64,000 bases of DNA from Octopus sinensis (Eukaryota). The notes under the pieces were generated by a model. It made no database searches, had not been told where the DNA came from, and saw only the letters and a list, made by a program, of their open reading frames with translations. Position numbers and translations under genes: made by a program. This document shows, piece by piece, positions 39,901 to 54,422 of this stretch. The DNA is taken from the NCBI RefSeq assembly GCF_006345805.1, contig NC_043005.1, forward strand, positions 21,824,001-21,888,000. The letters run 5' to 3'. Each line of letters begins with the position of its first letter. The first letter of the stretch is position 1.

Positions 39901-42900
39901 CGCAAAAAAGAGGGCATTAAATGCTTGATTTTAAAACAAAATAATTGAATTTTGATTGAACTTCATCCAAGTTTAGCTTAATTCGTGCGTGCATAGAATG
40001 CACGAGCGCACGAGCCGGGCAATACTGCTAGTATATATATATATGTATATGTACATACATGTTTTGTATGCACACACAGGTATTTTTTTGTGTGAGTGTG
40101 TGTATTTCATCATCATTATTATTTCAAATCCATGTTTCATGCTGACATGGGGTTGGACAGTTTGGCAAGATCCAATGGGTCCAATGAGTCATTGTCCTCC
40201 AATGTCTGCTTCAACATGGTGTCTATGACTGGATGTCCTTCCTAACACTAACTATTTAACAATATCTACAGGGAGATTTTTTTTCATATTACCAATACTA
40301 TTGAACTTGCCAAGTAACTTACAAGACTATGAACTTCAACGGAAAGTTGGGGCTTCTTATGTTAGGAAATGAGGGACTAAAGTGTGAGAGAAGGGGATAG
40401 TGGGTCAGAGCAGATACTGTAGAAAAGCTACACATTTACTAACATTTATTAAGTAGGAGAGAATGATTAGTTGGAGCTGCAAGTAGATAGATAGTAGAGA
40501 TGAACTGTCCAGGTAATCCCTGAAAGTAAGTAGAAATGGGTGGTGGGTATGTAAGATTGTATGGAGTAGAGAGGATGGGGAGGCAGAATGCAACAGTAAA
40601 ACACTAGGTAGTGTTGAAAAACAATGACTGATCATGCAGAAGTTGGGGAAGAGAAGGGGATGCAGAAGAGAGCAGGTAGTGTGTAGAGTAACAGGATAAT
40701 AATGATAAAGTTTACAAAGGGAGAACAGGAGAGAGATGACAGAATGCATCTACAATTTCTTGGTAACAGAAACCACAAACAATCTCTAGGGAACCTCCTG
40801 AGCATTTGAGGAAGTCCAGTTCCTGTGTATTTATTGCATATGCACATCTGTCACGTACAAAGACTTCTTTCTTTGTCAACATTCCTGTTATTCCAGTGTA
40901 CCTCTGATGTGTCCACTGGGTACACCATATGGAATTCCTACCTTTCCTATATATTGAGCAGAGTACACACATAATATACATGCAGTATTGATATCAATGA
41001 CCGTTCTCAATTTCAGTTTATGCAAAAATTAACTGTGGAACTCCAAAGGAAGTTGTTGGTGCATCAAAGTCCTACAAAACCACTACCTATAAATCTGAAG
41101 TGACCTATACTTGTCCAAAGGGAGAACAACTAAAGTCAGTATGTGAAATAAACAATAAATGGACTCCAGTGGCAGAAGCCTGTGAAGGTAATGTAAATAG
41201 CTCATCTACTGTTGGTTCTGTCTATGTAATTTTGTTTTATTCTTATGTTAAATGTGTTTGTCAGCGGAAGACTAACAGAATGCATACTAAGTTCTATTGT
41301 GCTTGTGGCTGATGATGAAGGAGAACTTGTTATCCTTGGATCAGAGATCTCACAAATGCTTGCAACAGAGTGAACGTCATTAATTCTACCCAGGGGTCAG
41401 GTGATGGTATTAAACTAGAGAATGGATTAAGTCCAGAAAACAAGAGTTGGGAGCTTAGAAACTTGTTCTTCTCCTGCAAGCTTTCACATAACTTGCATCC
41501 ACTACATTTCATTCCCAAGGCTTAGTTGTGAAGTTAATTTTTAACCATGCAGACAAAACTCCACCCTTCTCGATATTGTTGTATTCTTATTACCTCCAAA
41601 TCTAATCTTGATGGATATTCTCTTAATTTCTAACTTGAATTTTCTCACCCATACTTTGTGGCATCCTGCCTGTTAAGTGGGGATAAATATAGTGTATGAG
41701 CTCTTCTTTACTAAAACTCCACACTTCTCTGATGTTCTTGTTATCTTCCAGTCCACCACCCTTAATTATTATATAGCTACTAATAATAATAATAAAGATT
41801 TTTGATTTAGGCACAAAGCAAAGAATTTCTGAATGGAAGTATTTAATCAATACCATCAACCTTGGAATTTGGTTTTACTTTATGTTATTCACTGCAACGA
41901 AAAGCAGAGTTGACCTTGGCTTGTTTTGAACCCCCAGTCAAAAGAACCTGCATACACACTCTAAAGCATTTCTTCCAATACTCTAAAACATTTCTTCCAA
42001 TACTGCAATTAGTATTCATGTCATCATCTTCATTACCATCGTCATTTAACAGCTGTTTTCTACACCTTACTTAGGTTGGATGGGTTGACAGTGTCCAGTG
42101 AACCACAGAACTGCGTCAGGCCCCAGTGTCAACTTTGACCTGGTTTCCACTACCAGATAACTTTCCTCACTGTAACCACTTTACAGTGGGTATTGAGTCC
42201 CTTTCCTTGGTACTAGTAAGGTCACCAATAACTTGCAAGACAAAATAAAGGAAAACGAAAAATTCCCCTTTTGAAAGAAAAGAAGATAGATTTGTACCCA
42301 ATGTTAAAAGCTAAAGTATGATAGAGGGAGAAGCATAGGTATTTTACTATAGAAGAGATACATGTCTGTTCCACGTTATATGAAGGTGGGTGAGAGAGGC
42401 TGAAAGTTAGATAAAGTTAGCGATGACAGGATGCCAGGTCTCACTTTGAGGGTACAAGAAGGTTAGTATAAGTGAGAATATAGACAGTGGTTCAAAAGTG
42501 AAGGAGGGGTGATAATTTCATAAGAATGTGGGAGGAGAGTGTCAGATGGTTAGAGATTGGGCTAGAGGTAGATGTAGTGAGGGATAAAAGAGGTTGAAGG
42601 TGTGGTCAATATTAATCAGTATGGTTGGAAGGTGAAAGATAGAAGTGGCTCAAGAAAGGTGGGGATGACAAGCAGCATCACATAAGGAGAAGAGAGCAGC
42701 AGATTCATATATGTGCAGAGAGATGACAAAGATGACATGCAGGATGATAGAGAGCAGGGAGGTGGGAGAGTACTAACAAGGTACACTCTTTTTCTCCATC
42801 TCGTTAAAAGTGTAATTTTGATTAATCAAAATTTCTTGGGAATATCCACATTTACTACATATTTATATTTATTCACTAGATGATGATAGAAAGAATTATT

Positions 42901-45900
42901 TTTGTTTCCCCAGGCAAACAAAAAGAGTGAGAGAGTAAAGTAATGGGTTATAACCCTTGCCATTACTAAGTACATTTAGATACATACTTTTACATTCTGG
43001 GTTCAAATCCCACCTGGAAGTACTTCACCTTTCATAATTCTGAGATTGATAAAACAAGTACTAAGCTTGATATATTTTCATGTATCCTCTCTGCAGAATC
43101 TGTGGTATTGTGTTTGTCATTGAAATTAGCAATTTCAGCAATAATTATAATTATTTTTGTATTTTAGGGTGATGGATTGACAGAATCATTAGAGCATCAG
43201 ACAAATTGTGCTGTGGCATTTGTTCTCATATTTGATCTCACCTCATATTTTTATTGTTTTTTTTCTATATTAGAAATTATTACTATTGTTGTTGTTATTT
43301 TCATTTGTCTAAATTTTCCTTTAATTCCAGTTTCTCAGATCAATTTTGTGAAAGTAAATGATGCAACTCTGGATATATCCGGGAAAACATTGTGGGAGAA
43401 GACAAATGCAACAGCAGATGATTGTGCAGAAAAGTGTTTGTCTGACAAATATTGTTTATCATTTGAAATAAAGAAAGATGATGGAAAATGTTTCTTATCA
43501 AGGCAAACAGCAGCTACTAACAAAAAAATGAAAACAACCAAGAGCAGAGATTACTACCAACGAGTTAAATGTAATTCTGTGCATTTTATTATTGCAATTC
43601 TCTTTTCCTCATACTTTTGAGATTTGTGATTCCATTTGTAATTCATAATGTATAGACAACCATTTCTGTAAAGACATTGACAGACATTGATATGTCTCTG
43701 TCTTTATAGAAAGACATAGACACATTCCTGAAAAACAAAGAGCAACATCAGGAAATGGAAATATTGTTAGGCTATTCCCATACAAAGTTTGTTCCTCTTG
43801 AACACTTTTATGCATGCTTTCAGTTGTATTTTATGTAAGAAAAGAACCTCATGTTGTTTTTCTTAAACCCAAAGAGTAATAGTATTAATACTACTAGTAG
43901 CAGTCGTGGTGGTAGTGGCAGAGGTGACAGCAGTGGTGGTAATGGTAGCAGCAGCAGCTATAGCAACAACAGCAGTAGCAGCAGCAACAACAGTTTCTTC
44001 TTTATTTCTCCATGTTGACATGGCTTAAACAGTGTTATTACAACACAGTGTCTCATAAGTAGTTGTTGCCCTTTGTAATTTGCCATACAAAATAACAGAA
44101 AAAGTTCTATAATCCATGTAGTCATGTATTTGCTCCATTTCGTCACAGTTATTAGAGCAAGATGGCCTTCTTGTCACCAGCCATTATATCACATGAAAAG
44201 AATAGGTTTTCCCATACTACTAGAGTAAAAGATATTGTATGTTGATACTGATGAATCCTTTCTACCTAAAGTAAGTTTCTCTTCAGAATAGATCCATGGT
44301 ATTAAGTACTAGACAGCCTGCAAATTCATTCAGGATGACTCAAAAGTTTGGCTCTTTTTTGTTGAAATCCTTCTTTTTTGAAACTTTAGACATCAGGAGA
44401 AATTCATTCAGTCTAGTGATCTCATTATTAGAATACTCATGAATGCTATGATGTCATTGCCATAATGATGAATCTTTCTGGGTTAAAATTAAATGCTATA
44501 ATGTCATTGAAATAATGATGAAACTAAGGGTCAAAATGAAAAAGGAGCCATTTCACTATTCATATATCTGTGAGGGCATTCAACAGAGCTGAAAAGGAAG
44601 TTGAGCTTTAAAAAGAAGTGTTGTCCTCCAGCAAATTTGTTGACATGTGAATGAGAGTGGTGAGCATGATCCAAATGAACAGGACAGCTCTGAGCATACA
44701 CTTGTAGATTGGGGACAGATAACTGGGAAAGTGCACTTATCTCAGTGATGAGATTGACTGTGGTTTTATTGGGATTCCACAATTTTTCAACTTCCTTGTC
44801 CATGCTTGGCCAATATACAAAATTTCGCACCAGCGCTTTCATTCTAGTAATGCCTGGGTATTCCACATGGAACTCTTAGCATTCTCTCTAAACATACATT
44901 AGTATACTATCACATATAGAGTACATTTTCACATCTTGGCAGTTCTTTGCATCAGGCCTTTCTTTATTTCCTTTTGTCAGCCAGTTTTCTTTTTTGCCAC
45001 ATTAATAACTTTATCATCATTCACATTTCTTTTTATTTCTTCCAAATTTACTGGTAGTTCATAGACAATGTTCCACATCACTGTTTTTGTTTCTGTTTCC
45101 ACTCTTAGTGCTGCTATTACAGTGTCTTCAAGTGGTTCATTATTACACAAAGCACTTATGGGTGTATCCCATAAATTAAATTTCTCCAGTGCCAAATAAC
45201 TTCATGGATTTTTTCAACACATAAACATTCTCTATTTTGGTTTGACCTTTGAACATTATACTACAAATGTGATCGTCCAAGAAATATAATTTTCTTCCAG
45301 TAACACCATACTCTATTTTGTTTGAATTACATAATTTCGATTTACCCATTTGTTCCTATGTTTTCATATTTATGATTGTGATGTCACTTCCCCTGTCTAA
45401 TTGCATTCTGATAAAGAGAAAATTCAAGAATTCTCACATTCTTGAATTTTCTCTTTGTTGTAGTCACAACTGTTCCTGCTGACAAACTATTTATTTTTTT
45501 TTGTTTGTTCCATTTTCCTATCATTTTAGTTTTACAGTGCAATTTTATATGTCCTGTCAACCTGCAGTGAAAACACTTTGATTTTTATATGGACAATCTT
45601 TTTTCAGGTGCATCCCACCACATGCCATACATGGGTCTATATCCTGATATTTTTTCTGTTTTTCCTGCAACACTTTGTCTTCTGACATTTTTGATCACTT
45701 TGACACCTGATGCATGATACACTGTGCATCTGTTCAGGCAATGTTGATTTGATGGAGAGAGTGATCTAATGTACAGAGGATATATTTGATCACTATAAGT
45801 AAAACATTCGTTCAGGTTGTTTGGCAAAGGCTGAACACTCATGCATCATTTTCAATGGAAGAGTCCATGATTATTGTTGTTGCTGTTGTTGTTATTGGTG

Positions 45901-48241
45901 GTGGTGGTGGTGGTGGTGGTGGCGGCGGCGGCGGTGGTGGTGGTGAGCTGGCAAAACTGCTACCATGCCAGGCAAAACGCTGTGATCGACTGTCTCCCTC
46001 CCCACAAAATCCAGACCCTATGCCTATTGTAGAAAAGATTATTATTATTATTATTGAATGAGAGAGCAGTGCATGCCATCAAAGTTACACTGGGGTAGAA
46101 TATATGAATTCCAGTATAATCATCATGTCTACCCATCTGATGAGGGTACATTAGGCACATACATCACAAGCATATGTGTGCAACATGGTGACTTCATATC
46201 AAGATAAACAACACATGATCTAGCAGGTGGGGCCCAGTTAGAATTTCCTTCAGGTCAAGTAGACCATCCCACTCCAAAGCTTCCTGAATAATAGTTGTTT
46301 AAGGCTGTCAAACGTAACACCCACGTTCGCAGTGGTGAATTATTCAAACTCCATAAAATTCATCTCAACACATGGCTATGATACTCTCTCACTGCTTCTG
46401 CTCATGATCAGAGATGCAAATATCGTCAGCCACCAAAGGACATGCTCAACTGGTTAAGGTCAAACAACTGACAAGCTATTCTGTGGTATTGAGCAGAATA
46501 TTATTACTACTACTACTACTACTACTACTACAATGATGATGACGATGACTACTTTATAAATATATTTAAAATAGATGCTTGACTGGCACCCGTGCCAGTG
46601 GCACATAAAAAGCACCATATGAGCATGGTCAGTGCCAGTCCCATGGGACTGGCTCCTGTGCTGGTGGCATGTAAAGTGTGCTATTCAAGTATGGTCATTA
46701 CCAGTTCTACCTAACTGGTTCCTATGCTAGTGGCAGATAAAAAGCACCATTTGAGGGTGGTTGATGCCAGTACTGCCTCACTGGCCCTCATGCAAGTGAC
46801 ACATAAAATGCACCCACTACACTTTTGGAGTGGTTGGTGTTAGGAAGGGCATCCAGCTGTAGAAACCTTGCCAGATCAGACTGGAGCCTGGTGCAGCCTT
46901 CTGGCTTGCCAGTCCTCAGTCAAACTGTCCAACCCATGCCAGCATGGAAAGCAGACGTTAAATGATGATGATGATCATGAGATAATTAAGCACAAATACC
47001 AGCAATCAAGATTTTGAATAAAATATGAGAAAATCCTCTGTTGCATTGTTTTATAAGAGAATTCATAAAAATAAAAACAGTTCCCATCTACAAAATTATT
47101 TTCCAGTTTAGGACACTGTAAGTACTGAGATATGTTTTGAAATAAGTCTCAAGATGTTCTACAGCTCACATGGAATCTGATTAGGGTGACATTTTGTGAA
47201 TTTTTTACTTATTTATTATAAATTATCCATTTACAGAATTTTGCACAGATACTTTATAATATCTAATATATGAATGTGTGTGTGTGTGTGTGAGTTGGGT
47301 GGTTGGAGTGTAAAATGTATTTCTTGTTCTCTCTTTCTTTTTCCAGCTAACAAACCTTTTATGCTGAAAAAAGTTAGCATACCAAAGAAGGATTCTTTAG
47401 GACAGATTAAGAATAAGACCTTAAAGGAGTGTGCTAAGGCTTGTCAACATTATATAGGATGTAACTCTTATCAGTACAATGAGAAAGATAAGTTATGTGA
47501 TCTGAATAATGCGACTCAGTTACCTGATGTACTTAAACCCAACGACGGAAATTGGGATATATATTTGCTTAACCCAGGTCAGTAGAGTATTTCCATTTTA
47601 TTTATTTTGTACCTGTGTATTTACATATGTGTGTGGTGTATGTATATATATATATATATATAATAAAATATTAGGGAATAAATCCAAACTTACAGGGAAA
47701 AATCAGATTTAGGATTAAATCCAATTTTATAGTATAAATATATTATATTATATTATATTAAATTAGAGATAAAACCACTATTAGGCAAATCAAACAATGA
47801 AAAACATAAGCCAATACATAAAATTAATTAATTTATATTTTAGATATATATCAAAAGTATTAAAAATTTAATAAAAGATAAAGAGTAAAACACTACGATC
47901 GTTTCATGGCTGTACAATTCGTAATAATTCGAGTTATGGTTACAGTCAATCTTCAGGTTAATTGAAATATCTAAAATATAAAATATAATCAGAAATATTT
48001 AAACAATATTTTAAAGATATAAATAATATAATAATTTTACTTATAATAAACTCTATTATCAAACTAGAAACATAAAACTTAACAATTATGATTATATCAA
48101 AATCGACTATAATGTTAAATATTAATTTTAATTTATAAGGTAGGAAACCCACCAATAATCTAATATCGGTATAAGTCTATATCTAATATATACAATATGT
48201 ATATGTATGTATATATATATATATAAATATATATATATATG

Positions 48242-48327
<86 letters not shown>

Positions 48328-51300
48328 CATATTGTTTCATAAGTGGCTGTGGTGAAAAATGTCAACTTCTTAAAGTTTTGCTGAGAAAAGAAGGTGGGGT
48401 GGGAAAAGAATGTGCTACCTCTCAGGGAATTTGGGAAAAAATGGCTGACAATGGCAAAAACAGTTAGAGTGAATGGCCCTGCTCTAAGCCTGCGCAACTG
48501 TTGGGAGAGGACTTGTGCCTTTGATGGTCAGGGTAATCCTGGATCTGTTGGGTTCCCTGATTGGCCCAAGTTGGAGCTTTTCCTGTATCGTGAGGACTGC
48601 ATCAGACATATTGTTACATACTTTGTACAATATGTATACTTTTATCACATTTTACCGTCCTTTCCATTTATTTCTCCTCATTTTTTAATGCCTCGCGCAA
48701 ATTGTTAATCATCCTTGCGATATCCCTCTCATCTGTGATGCCTCTGTAGGTAATTAAAGGAAGCATTATCATTATTATAATTGTTGTTGTTATTATATGA
48801 AAACTCACAGCTTATTTTTCTGGGTATAGTGGAAAGTGTCAGCTGTGCACAACCAGCAGACTAAGGTGACGTTTGTTTACTGGTCATGCTTCAAGAACCC
48901 TGCAAGGAATTCTTGCAGTTCCAAGTAATGCTAATTTTTGTAGATGTTCTATCTTCATACTTGCACCAATCTTTTTCAGCCATGTTGGTAGTGAAGTGCT
49001 GATATTTTCAAGTGCACCAATTACTATTGGTATCACATCTACTCTCTTCATTGATCACAACCTTTGTATTTCTCACTTTAAATCATCAAAAGTGTTTATT
49101 TTGTCTTCTTTTAATCCTGTTCTCACCAGAGAATGATATGTTGATGATCATATTTGTTCTTTCTTTTTTATTTATCACAACAATGTCCAATTTCCTATGT
49201 CTGGTTAGGTGGTTGCACTGGATTGTTACATCCCACAGGATTTTGTAATTCTCATTTTCAGTGACTCCTTCTGGAGTTTGGTCATACTATGTCTTTGCTC
49301 TTTGTAGACCATGATTGCTACAGAGCTCCCAGTGGATCATTCTTGCGACATTGTCATGGCATCGTTTGTATTCATGTTGTGCCAATTTCAGGCATTCGCT
49401 AACGGTGTGCCATACCGTTTTGCCCCTCTCATCACCCATTCTGCATTTGTCACTATCGGATGGATGGATATCTTTTTATTATGGCCGCACAGGGCTAAAC
49501 ACAGAAAATAGACAAAATACAATGTACAGTTTTTCTTTTCAACGTGGGATGGGTGGGACACACAAAGAAAAAGTTTGATCAATAGGGATCTTTGGGTTAT
49601 GTGGTGTACAAAAAAAGAAAGAAATATATAAAGTTCCCCAAAAAAAGAGGCGGGGATCGATATTGTTCACAGTTTAGGTGTAACCTTAGAAAGAAAAACC
49701 TACAAAAAAGACCAAGGTCACCTCAGCCAGTTCAAAATGTACATATGAGTAAGAACCTTTCCTATCGTTTTCTCTTTTTGTTACAGATTTATACTTAAAA
49801 TGGTGTCGTCTTTCATACTGACCATTCTTGTCATATTTACCCATTTTTTATTGAAACTTTCATTCGACAACACTTTCCTCTCTATTCTCATCCTCTTTTT
49901 CAAGTGGTACTTGAAAAAGTTGACGAGAGACTGACCAGAGAGGAAAGTGTTTATTTGTAAGCCTTTCAAATGCATCCACCACATGCATTCTTTCGCCATA
50001 GCTGTCAGTGTTACGAAAACTATTTTACCTTCCCGTTTAAAGGCAGGTGGTGGAACAATATTCACGATAGACTCGGCCAATAAGCGGGTCCGTCCTACAC
50101 GTGACAACAGCTATTCAACGAAGGTCCACAGCTCTGAAATATCTGGACACTGCACGAGTGTGTGCAGAACGGTTTCATCGCTCTGACCGCATCTTGGGCA
50201 GGTCAGTCCAGTGGTTTTCGAACCGTGTCTGTAGCTCTTCTCTCAAACCAGCAGTGCATCCCGATAGCACTGCCAAGCCAGGGATCTCTGGAAGTTATCC
50301 ATAGGCCCCGACCTGAACGTCGTCCTGAAAAGGTGGGTTAGGAATTTCTCGTCGATGCCCAGGTTTGCCCTGAGTGTATCGTCGGACCTCCCCTCCACTA
50401 GTCCTCTATAGAACGTGTCGGTCATTTGAAAGTTGCACAAGTTTGATCCCAGACGGCAGAGCTGCTGTAGAACTTGGAGGCACTCTCAGTGCCAATCACC
50501 AAGTTTTGGTCTCTTTTTGATTCATGTTTGCAGTTCGGTCAGTGAGACGAGCTGCGGGAAGGTGCGCCTCACAAATGGTGCCCACACTTGTTCACCGTCG
50601 TTGATGAAGTTCCAGAGATGCTGCAGTCTCAGTGCATGCCTGTGCATCATTAACCACGGCATGCCCAGTCCTCCATTTAACGGATGTTGACAGGAAATGG
50701 ACCGCCTCACCATCGGAATGCCACCCTTCCACAGAAAGTGGAAGAGTATGCGTTCTAGTTTTGTGATGGTAGCATCGGAACAAGGCAGGATGGTCAGGTG
50801 GTAATCGATGATAGATGCGTTATATGCATTAGCCACCTACGCCTGACCTTTTAGAGACAGCTTTCTCTCGGTCCATGTTTGACTGAGAGCGACCACTCTA
50901 CTCATGATCTCATCCCAGTTCTTATCCATTTGGAGGTCCGGACTGAACCAGATCCCGAGCAATTTAACCGGTCCATCCGTCCAGTGTTCCACTACTGAGT
51001 TGCTGTTTGATGGCATGGGCTTGCTTCTCCGGGTGCCATGTAGCAAATCCACTGACTTTTCTGGGTTAATTTTCACTCCCATCACCATTTCGTATTCTTT
51101 TAGTGTCTCACCTAGCATCTCGATGTGCTTTTTGCTCAACACTATGATGGTGACATCGTCCGCATATGCCGACACACTAGTCCTGCAACCCAGTTCCTGT
51201 GGGATGCCCCTCAGTGTCACCATCTTCCACAGTAGTGGCTCAAGAGTCAATACATACAGAAGCACTGATGGGACATCCCTGACAGACCGAACGCGTGAAG

Positions 51301-52743
51301 TCAAATGGTTTTCACAGCTGACCGTTCACCCGAATTACCAATCGGATGCCGCTATACAAGGCAGCAATCCAACTGTGGAAGACGGACCAAGCCAGCCGCC
51401 CTGGGGATGGCTGCCAGGTACTGATGGTCGACCCTATTGAAAGCTTTATATTGATCCAAATTGATCAGCGCCCCACCCATGCCAGGATCCTTATCTACCC
51501 TGTCCACGATGTAGCACATCAGATGGAGGTTGTCATGGATGGTTCTGCCCGGCACAGCGCATGTTTGCACCTTGTCGACCAGTTTATCGATGATAAGCGC
51601 CAACCTCTCGGCTATTACTTTGGTCAAAAATTTCAAATCTGCATTGAGCAGAGTATTGGGCCTGAAATTATCTATAAAATTCCACTTGTTTGGGTCTTTC
51701 TTCAGCAACGTCACTGCACTTTGGCTCACCAAACCGGGGATTCTCCTGTTTTGTTGCCAGTTGCAGTAGACGGATGCCAAGAGGTCGCCAAACAAGTCTG
51801 GCATTTGACAATACAGCTCGTAGGGTAGACCATCCAATTCAGGCAACTTATCCTTTGCGCAGCCCGCCATCGCATCCCATACTTCTGCAGCTGTGATAGA
51901 ACTCTCACAACACTCTGCTGTTGAAAGGCCTCACACATCCTTTCGGGTTCAAGTAAACTGTATCCCTGTTGATCTATTAGAGACCAAATGGTGGCTTTGT
52001 TGCCACGTTGCGCCACTGCTACCCAGGCCCCTCACGCAGCTTCAATTCCTTCATTCCTCAAGGCATGCATCTTAGCTCTGATGATGCAAGCTTAGTCTAT
52101 ATGTATACAACCATAGTCTATATGTATACACGAAGTGAGTTTTGTATGCGAGCAAGATTGCGTATACATATGTGTACATGTATTTGTGTGTATATTTTCG
52201 TTTTGCATTTATATGTCTGTATATGTATGTGGTCTGCGCATATCTATCTGTGTATTTTGATGTATATATGTATATTGATGGTTTAGCATGTGTATATACT
52301 GTTGTGAAATATTATATTTTAATATATTTTAATTTCAATTTTTATGTATTAATTGTATTAATCAAATTATATTTTCTACATAATTAATGACAATATGCAT
52401 CTTCGATTTAAGGTTTTTCCTCGATTTTTATAATTTTATATGGAATTCATTTATTTGTTTTGTTTATTTTTGTTTATCACTCACATATGACCATTATTTG
52501 AAAGGACCAATCAAACAAATCCATTTTTAAAGGTGTGTCGCTTATGCTAGTCTTGATCAAATTGTCATTTCGGTTCTATTTTAACAAAACTGTCCGACGA
52601 ACGGAGATGTGAAACTCCGAGTAACAGCTTTTGTTACATTTCTGCTGCTTTTAAATAAAGCATATTACTCTACCTCTGGTATTTGAGTACTCTTTTTTCC
52701 ACCTTGTTTCACATTTATGTGTTTACTTCGGTATATATATACA

Positions 52744-52779
<36 letters not shown>

Positions 52780-52878
52780 TATATATTAAGATGGAGAGAT
52801 TTGCCTTGCAGTTACTTTGCATTGTTCTGGCCTTACCCACGTTCCTTTATATTATACATATATATATATATATATATA

Positions 52879-52955
<77 letters not shown>

Positions 52956-54391
52956 TTATATATATATTATTGAGTTAGAAAACAGAGTGTTCTAAAGGAT
53001 ACAAATTTATTCATTAATTAATCAACATATTAACCAACAATTGTTTCATTTCTCAAATAAGATTAAAATTACAAAATATATATAAAAATATACTTTTGCA
53101 TTTTAAATACCTTATAAGGAAAATTTTAATTTTATTTGAGAAGTGAAACAATTGTTGGTTAATATAATGATTAATAAATTAATTTGTATCCATTAGAGCT
53201 CTCTGTTTTTTTAACTCAATAAAAATGTATGATATCTTATGATATTCTATATAATATATTCATTGAAAGATTATCTCTTAAAAACTTGCTATATTAAACC
53301 AGTGTACCTTGGATAAAAATCCCTAGAAGAAGTATGAATATCTTCATTGTGACTATCTATATTTATATTTATATATATAGCTGTGTGTAGTTTGTTTTAG
53401 TCAATATTTTTATTTCTAAATTCACCTTGATTTCCTTGTTCTCAACCACTCCTGGTATACATGCACCACTGATATCAATTTCTCTTATCTTTCAGCTTTC
53501 AGAGAAGTTGACTGTGGACCACCAAAAGATGTTGTTGGTGCCAAGAAGTCTTACAAAACCACCACCTATAAATCTGAAGTAACCTACACTTGTCCAGAAG
53601 GAGAAAAATTACAATCAGTATGTAAAGAGGATCGTAAATGGTCTCCTGTAGCGTCTGCTTGTAAAGGTAAATTAATGTAATCAGGTTCTCTCTTGATGTC
53701 TCTGTTTCAGTAATTTTGTTTAATTTTTTTCTTAGATATTGTTGTCAAGTTATAGCTCAGCTCATCTTCGTCATTTTCCTCTTCATTTTTAACTCTTCTC
53801 TTTTCACCCATTCTTCATGTCATCATCTGAAACTTTGTACAATAAATAGCCCTGGGTACTTCTTTACTAGAATTCAGCAGCTGACTGAAAGATTTCTGAT
53901 GCTTTACTGATCTTCCAGTTCACTATTCTAAATTATGATAATAATTTGAAATATTGGCACAAGGTCAGTAATTTTAGGGGAGGAGTAAGTCAATCACATC
54001 AACTCCAGTGCACCATGGGTATTTATTTTATCGACCCCAAAGGGATGAGAGACAAAGTCAGCTTTGGCAGGGTTTGAACTCAGACTGTAAAGACAGACAA
54101 AATGCTTAGCAGCAGTTTGTCTGGCATGCTAACAATTCTGCCAGCTCACCACCTTATCCTAAATTATGATAATATAAAAAATAACGATCTTTCTAGGTGA
54201 GAGGGAAAAAAATTTAGATAGAAGGGGTTTAGTCATTATTATTGACTCCAGTGCTTGACTTGTATTACGTGATATTGGTCCCCACAAGAAAGAAAAGCAA
54301 AGGTGACATAAGCTAGATTTGAACTGAAAACATGAAGAGTCTAAGTAATTCCCTGAAGTATTTCTTCTAATGCTCTAATTAGTATACAGGT

Positions 54392-54422
<31 letters not shown>

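Noticed and set aside
5000-41187. Interpretation as several separate tandem genes
   Set aside because: No signal-peptide or start exon, promoter or terminal exon was seen between modules, and all donors and acceptors join in frame. A single gene is simpler, though alternative termini remain possible.
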